NCBI GenBank assembly: GCA_032718475.1
Contig: JAUCBJ010007195.1
Location: forward strand, 29,277-93,276
DNA length: 64,000 nt
DNA from: Nemertoderma westbladi
Taxonomy: Eukaryota > Animalia > Xenacoelomorpha
Direction: 5' to 3'
The position numbers were made by a program, and so were the translations under genes. Below the pieces are notes generated by a model that did not search any database, was not told where the DNA came from, and saw only the letters and a program-made list of their open reading frames with translations. Below, piece after piece: positions 52,201 to 61,200 of the stretch. Position 1 is the stretch's first letter; every line of letters begins with the position of its first letter.

Positions 52201-55200
52201 ATAATAGGAATAAATAGGGTTACATACACAAATAATAGGAATAAATAGGGTTACATACACAAATAATAGGAATAAATAGGGTTACATACACAAATAATAG
52301 GAATAAATAGGGTTACATACAAAATAATAGGAAGAAATGGGGTTACACACAAAATAATAGGAATAAATAGGGTTACACATACAAATAATAGGAATAAATA
52401 GGGTTACATACACATAATAGGAATAAATATGGTTACACACAAAATAATAGTAATAAATAGGGTTACACACACATAATAGGAATAAATAGGGTTACACACA
52501 AAATAATAGGAATAAATAGGGTTACACACAAATAATAGGAATAAATAGGGTTACACACAAAATAATAGTAATAAATAGGGTTACACACAAAATAATAGGA
52601 ATAAATAGGGTTACATACACAAAATAATAGGAATAAATAGGGCTACACACACAAATAATAGGAATAAATAGGGTTACATACAAAATAATAGGAATAAATA
52701 GGGTTACATACACAAATAATAGGAATAAATAGGGTTACATACACAAATAATAGGAATAAATAGGGTTACATACAAAATAATAGGAATAAATAGGGTTACA
52801 TACACAAATAATAGGAATAAATAGGGTTACACACAAAATAATAGGAAGAAATAGGGGTTACACACAAAATAATAGGAATAAATAGGGTTACACACACATA
52901 ATAGGAATAAATAGGGTTACACACAAAATAATAGTAATAAATAGGGTTACACACACATAATAGGAATAAATAGGGTTACACACAAAATAATAGTAATAAA
53001 TAGGGTTAAACACAAAATAATAGGAATAAATAGGGTTACATACACAAAATAATAGGAATAAATAGGGCTACACACACAAATAATAGGAATAAATAGGGTT
53101 ACATACAAAATAATAGGAATAAATAGGGTTACATACACAAATAATAGGAATAAATAGGGTTACACACAAAATAATAGGAATAAATATGGTTACATACAAA
53201 ATAATAGGAAGAAATGGGGTTACATACACAAAATAATAGGAATAAATAGGGTTACACACAAAATAATAGGAATAAATAGGGTTACATACAAAATAATAGG
53301 AATAAATAGGGTTACACACAAAATAATAGTAATAAATAGGGTTACACACACATAATAGGAATAAATATGGTTACACACAAAATATAGTAATAAATAGGGT
53401 TACACACACATAATAGGAATAAATAGGGTTACACACAAAATAATAGTAATAAATAGGGTTACACACAAAATAATAGGAATAAATAGGGTTACATACACAA
53501 AATAATAGGAATAAATAGGGCTACACACACAAATAATAGGAATAAATAGGGTTACACACAAATAAAAGGAAGAAATGGGGTTACACACAAAATAATAGGA
53601 GGAAATAGGGTTACACACAAATAATAGGAAGAAATAGGGTTACATACACAAAATAATAGGAATAAATAGGGTTACATACACAAAATAATAGGAATAAATA
53701 GGGCTACACACACAAATAATAGGAATAAATAGGGTTACACACAAATAAAAGGAAGAAATGGGGTTACACACAAATAATAGGAATAAATATGGTTACATAC
53801 AAAATAATAGGAAGAAATGGGGTTACACACAAAATAATAGGAATAAATAGGGTTACATACACAAATAATAGGAAGAAATAGGGTTACACACAAATAATAG
53901 GAAGAAATAGGGTTACATACAAAATAATAGGAATAAATAGGGTTACATACACAAAATAATAGGAATAAATAGGGTTACATACACAAATAATAGGAATAAA
54001 TAGGGCTACACACACAAATAATAGCAATAAATAGGGTTACACACAAATAAAAGGAAGAAATGGGGTTACACACAAAATAATAGGAGGAAATAGGGTTACA
54101 TACACAAATAATAGGAAGAAATAGGGTTACACACAAATAATAGGAAGAAATAGGGTTACATACACAAAATAATAGGAATAAATAGGGTTACATACACAAA
54201 ATAATAGGAGGAAATAGGGTTACATACACAAATAATAGGAATAAATAGGGTTACACACAAATAATAGGAAGAAATAGGGTTACATACACAAAATAATAGG
54301 AATAAATAGGGTTACACACACAAATAATAGGAATAAATAGGGTTACATACACAAATAATAGGAATAAATAGGGTTACATACACAAATAATAGGAATAAAT
54401 AGGGTTACATACAAAATAATAGGAATAAATAGGGTTACATACACAAATAATAGGAATAAATAGGGTTACACACAAATAATAGGAAGAAATAGGGTTACAT
54501 ACACAAAATAATAGGAATAAATAGGGTTACACACAAATAATAGGAAGAAATAGGGTTACATACACAAATAATAGGAATAAATAGGGTTACACACAAATAA
54601 TAGGAAGAAATAGGGTTACATACACAAAATAATAGGAATAAATAGGGTTACATACACAAAATAATAGGAATAAATAGGGTTACACACACAAATAATAGGA
54701 ATAAATAGGGTTACATACAAAATAATAGGAATAAATAGGGTTACACACACAAATAATAGGAATAAATAGGGTTACATACAAAATAATAGGAATAAATAGG
54801 GTTACACACAAAATAATAGGAATAAATAGGGTTACATACACAAAATAATAGGAATAAATAGGGCTACACACACAAATAATAGGAATAAATAGGGTTACAT
54901 ACAAAATAATAGGAATAAATAGGGTTACATACACAAATAATAGGAATAAATAGGGTTACACACAAAATAATAGGAATAAATAGGGTTACATACAAAATAA
55001 TAGGAAGAAATGGGGTTACATAGACAAAATAATAGGAATAAATAGGGTTACACACAAAATAATAGGAATAAATAGGGTTACATACAAAATAATAGGAATA
55101 AATAGGGTTACACACAAAATAATAGTACATAATAAATAGGGTTACACACACATAATAGGAATAAATAGGGTTACACACAAAATAATAGGAATAAATAGGG

Positions 55201-58200
55201 TTACACACAAATAATAGGAATAAATAGGGTTACACACAAAATAATAGGAATAAATAGGGTTACATACACAAATAATAGGAATAAATAGGGTTACACACAC
55301 AAATAATAGGAATAAATAGGGTTACACACAAATAAAAGGAAGAAATGGGGTTACACACAAAATAATAGGAGGAAATAGGGTTACACACAAATAATAGGAA
55401 GAAATAGGGTTACACACAAAATAATAGGAATAAATAGGGTTACATACACAAAATAATAGGAATAAATAGGGATACATACACAAATAATAGGAATAAATAG
55501 GGTTACACACAAATAATAGTAATAAATAGGGTTACACACAAAATAATAGGAATAAATAGGGTTACATACACAAAATAATAGGAATAAATAGGGTTACACA
55601 CACAAATAATAGGAATAAATAGGGTTACACACAAATAAAAGGAAGAAATGGGGTTACACACAAAATAATAGGAGGAAATAGGGTTACACACAAATAATAG
55701 GAAGAAATAGGGTTACATACACAAAATAATAGGAATAAATAGGGTTACATACACAAAATAATAGGAATAAATAGGGTTACACACACAAATAATAGGAATA
55801 AATAGGGTTACACACAAATAATAGGAATAAATAGGGTTACACACAAATAAAAGGAAGAAATGGGGTTACACACAAAATAATAGGAGGAAATAGGGTTACA
55901 CACAAATAATAGGAAGAAATAGGGTTACATACACAAAATAATAGGAATAAATAGGGTTACATACACAAAATAATAGGAATAAATAGGGTTACACACACAA
56001 ATAATAGGAATAAATAGGGTTACACACAAATAATAGGAAGAAATGGGGTTACACACAAATAATAGGAATAAATAGGGTTACACACAAATAATAGGAATAA
56101 ATAGGGTTACACACAAATAATAGGAAGAAATGGGGTTACACACAAAATAATAGGAAGAAATAGGGTTACATACACAAATAATAGGAAGAAATAGGGTTAC
56201 ACACAAATAATAGGAAGAAATAGGGTTACATACACAAAATAATAGGAATAAATAGGGTTACATACACAAAATAATAGGAAGAAATAGGGTTACATACACA
56301 AATAATAGGAATAAATAGGGTTACACACAAATAATAGGAAGAAATAGGGTTACATACACAAAATAATAGGAATAAATAGGGTTACACACAAAATAATAGG
56401 AGGAAATAGGGTTACACACAAATAATAGGAAGAAATAGGGTTACATACACAAAATAATAGGAATAAATAGGGTTACACACACAAATAATAGGAATAAATA
56501 GGGTTACACACAAATAATAGGAAGAAATAGGGTTACACACACAAATAATAGGAATAAATAGGGTTACATACACAAATAATAGGAATAAATAGGGTTACAC
56601 ACACAAATAATAGGAATAAATAGGGTTACACACAAATAAAAGGAAGAAATGGGGTTACACACAAAATAATAGGAAGAAATAGGGTTACATACACAAATAA
56701 TAGGAAGAAATAGGGTTACACACAAATAATAGGAAGAAATAGGGTTACATACACAAAATAATAGGAATAAATAGGGTTACATACACAAAATAATAGGAAT
56801 AAATAGGGTTACATACACAAATAATAGGAATAAATAGGGTTACACACAAATAATAGGAAGAAATAGGGTTACATACACAAAATAATAGGAATAAATAGGG
56901 TTACACACACAAATAATAGGAATAAATAGGGTTACATACACAAATAATAGGAATAAATAGGGTTACACACACAAATAATAGGAATAAATAGGGTTACATA
57001 CAAAATAATAGGAATAAATAGGGTTACATACACAAATAATAGGAATAAATAGGGTTACACACAAATAATAGGAAGAAATAGGGTTACATACACAAAATAA
57101 TAGGAATAAATAGGGTTACACACAAATAATAGGAAGAAATAGGGTTACATACACAAATAATAGGAATAAATAGGGTTACACACAAATAATAGGAATAAAT
57201 AGGGTTACATACACAAAATAATAGGAATAAATAGGGTTACATACACAAAATAATAGGAATAAATAGGGTTACACACACAAATAATAGGAATAAATAGGGT
57301 TACATACAAAATAATAGGAATAAATAGGGTTACACACACAAATAATAGGAATAAATAGGGTTACATACAAAATAATAGTAATAAATAGGGTTAAACACAA
57401 AATAATAGGAATAAATAGGGTTACATACACAAAATAATAGGAATAAATAGGGTTACACACACAAATAATAGGAATAAATAGGGTTACATACACAAATAAT
57501 AGGAATAAATAGGGTTACATACACAAATAATAGGAATAAATAGGGTTACACACAAAATAATAGGAATAAATAGGGTTACATACAAAATAATAGGAATAAA
57601 TAGGGTTACACACAAAATAATAGGAATAAATAGGGTTACACACAAAATAATAGGAATAAATAGGGTTACATACAAAATAATAGGAATAAATAGGGTTACA
57701 CACAAAATAATAGAGAATAAATAGGGTTACACACACATAATAGGAATAAATAGGTTACACACAAAATAATAGGAATAAATAGGGTTACACACACAATAAT
57801 AGGAATAAATAGGGTTACACACAAAATAATAGGAATAAATAGGGTTACATACACAAATAATAGGAATAAATAGGGTTACACACACAAATAATAGGAATAA
57901 ATAGGGTTACACACAAATAAAAGGAAGAAATGGGGTTACACACAAAATAATAGGAGGAAATAGGGTTACACACAAATAATAGGAAGAAATAGGGTTACAC
58001 ACAAAATAATAGGAATAAATAGGGTTACATACACAAAATAATAGGAATAAATAGGGTTACATACACAAATAATAGGAATAAATAGGGTTACACACAAATA
58101 ATAGTAATAAATAGGGTTACACACAAAATAATAGGAATAAATAGGGTTACATACACAAAATAATAGGAATAAATAGGGTTACACACACAAATAATAGGAA

Positions 58201-61200
58201 TAAATAGGGTTACACACAAATAAAAGGAAGAAATGGGGTTACACACAAAATAATAGGAGGAAATAGGGTTACACACAAATAATAGGAAGAAATAGGGTTA
58301 CATACACAAAATAATAGGAATAAATAGGGTTACATACACAAAATAATAGGAATAAATAGGGTTACACACACAAATAATAGGAATAAATAGGGTTACACAC
58401 AAATAATAGGAATAAATAGGGTTACACACAAATAATAGGAAGAAATGGGGTTACACACAAAATAATAGGAGGAAATAGGGTTACACACAAATAATAGGAA
58501 GAAATAGGGTTACATACACAAAATAATAGGAATAAATAGGGTTACATACACAAAATAATAGGAATAAATAGGGTTACACACACAAATAATAGGAATAAAT
58601 AGGGTTACACACAAATAATAGGAAGAAATGGGGTTACACACAAATAATAGGAATAAATAGGGTTACACACAAATAAAAGGAATAAATAGGGTTACATCAC
58701 AAATAATAGGAAGAAATGGGGTTACACACAAAATAATAGGAAGAAATAGGGTTACATACACAAATAATAGGAAGAAATAGGGTTACACACAAATAATAGG
58801 AAGAAATAGGGTTACATACACAAAATAATAGGAATAAATAGGGTTACATACACAAATAATAGGAATAAATAGGGTTACATACACAAATAATAGGAATAAA
58901 TAGGGTTACACACAAATAATAGGAAGAAATAGGGTTACATACACAAAATAATAGGAATAAATAGGGTTACACACAAAATAATAGGAGGAAATAGGGTTAC
59001 ACACAAATAATAGGAAGAAATAGGGTTACATACACAAATAATAGGAATAAATAGGGTTACACACACAAATAATAGGAATAAATAGGGTTACACACAAATA
59101 ATAGGAATAAATAGGGTTACACACACAAATAATAGGAATAAATAGGGTTACATACACAAATAATAGGAATAAATAGGGTTACACACAAATAAAGGAAGAA
59201 ATGGGTTACACACAAAATAATAGGAATAAATAGGGTTACACACAAATAATAGGAATAAATAGGGTTACACACAAAATAATAGGAATAAATAGGGTTACAT
59301 ACACAAATAATAGGAATAAATAGGGTTACACACACAAATAATAGGAATAAATAGGGTTACACACAAATAATAGGAAGAAATAGGGTTACACACAAAATAA
59401 TAGGAGGAAATAGGGTTACACACAAATAATAGGAAGAAATAGGGTTACACACAAAATAATAGGAATAAATAGGGTTACATACACAAATAATAGGAATAAA
59501 TAGGGTTACATACACAAATAATAGGAATAAATAGGGTTACACACAAATAATAGGAATAAATAGGGTTACACACAAAATAATAGGAATAAATAGGGTTACA
59601 TACACAAAATAATAGGAATAAATAGGGTTACACACACAAATAATAGGAATAAATAGGGTTACACACAAATAATAGGAAGAAATGGGGTTACACACAAAAT
59701 AATAGGAAGAAATAGGGTTACATACACAAATAATAGGAAGAAATAGGGTTACACACAAATAATAGGAAGAAATAGGGTTACACACAAAATAATAGGAATA
59801 AATAGGGTTACATACACAAAATAATAGGAATAAATAGGGTTACATACACAAATAATAGGAATAAATAGGGTTACACACAAATAATAGGAAGAAATAGGGT
59901 TACATACACAAAATAATAGGAATAAATAGGGTTACATACACAAATAATAGGAATAAATAGGGTTACATACACAAATAATAGGAATAAATAGGGTTACACA
60001 CAAAATAATAGGAATAAATAGGGTTACACACAAAATAATAGGAATAAATAGGGTTACATACACAAATAATAGGAATAAATAGGGTTACACACAAAATAAT
60101 AGGAATAAATAGGGTTACATACACAAATAATAGGAAGAAATAGGGTTACACACAAATAATAGGAAGAAATAGGGTTACACACAAAATAATAGGAATAAAT
60201 AGGGTTACATACACAAAATAATAGGAATAAATAGGGTTACATACACAAATAATAGGAATAAATAGGGTTACACACAAATAATAGGAATAAATAGGGTTAC
60301 ACACAAAATAATAGGAATAAATAGGGTTACATACACAAATAATAGGAATAAATAGGGTTACACACACAAATAATAGGAATAAATAGGGTTACACACAAAA
60401 TAATAGGAATAAATAGGGTTACATACACAAATAATAGGAATAAATAGGGTTACACACAAAATAATAGGAATAAATAGGGTTACACACAAAATAATAGGAA
60501 TAAATAGGGTTACATACACAAATAATAGGAATAAATAGGGTTACATACACAAATAATAGGAATAAATAGGGTTACACACACAAATAATAGGAATAAATAG
60601 GGTTACATACACAAATAATAGGAAGAAATAGGGTTACACACAAAATAATAGGAATAAATAGGGTTACACACACAAATAATAGGAATAAATAGGGTTACAC
60701 ACAAAATAATAGGAATAAATAGGGTTACACACAAATAATAGGAATAAATAGGGTTACATACACAAATAATAGGAATAAATAGGGTTACATACACAAATAA
60801 TAGGAATAAATAGGGTTACACACACAAATAATAGGAATAAATAGGGTTACACACAAAATAATAGGAATAAATAGGGTTACACACAAATAATAGGAATAAA
60901 TAGGGTTACATACACAAATAATAGGAATAAATAGGGTTACACACACAAATAATAGGAATAAATAGGGTTACATACACAAATAATAGGAATAAATAGGGTT
61001 ACACACACAAATAATAGGAATAAATAGGGTTACACACACAAATAATAGGAATAAATAGGGTTACACACAAAATAATAGGAATAAATAGGGTTACATACAC
61101 AAATAATAGGAATAAATAGGGTTACACACAAAATAATAGGAATAAATAGGGTTACATACAAAATAATAGGAATAAATAGGGTTACACACACAAATAATAG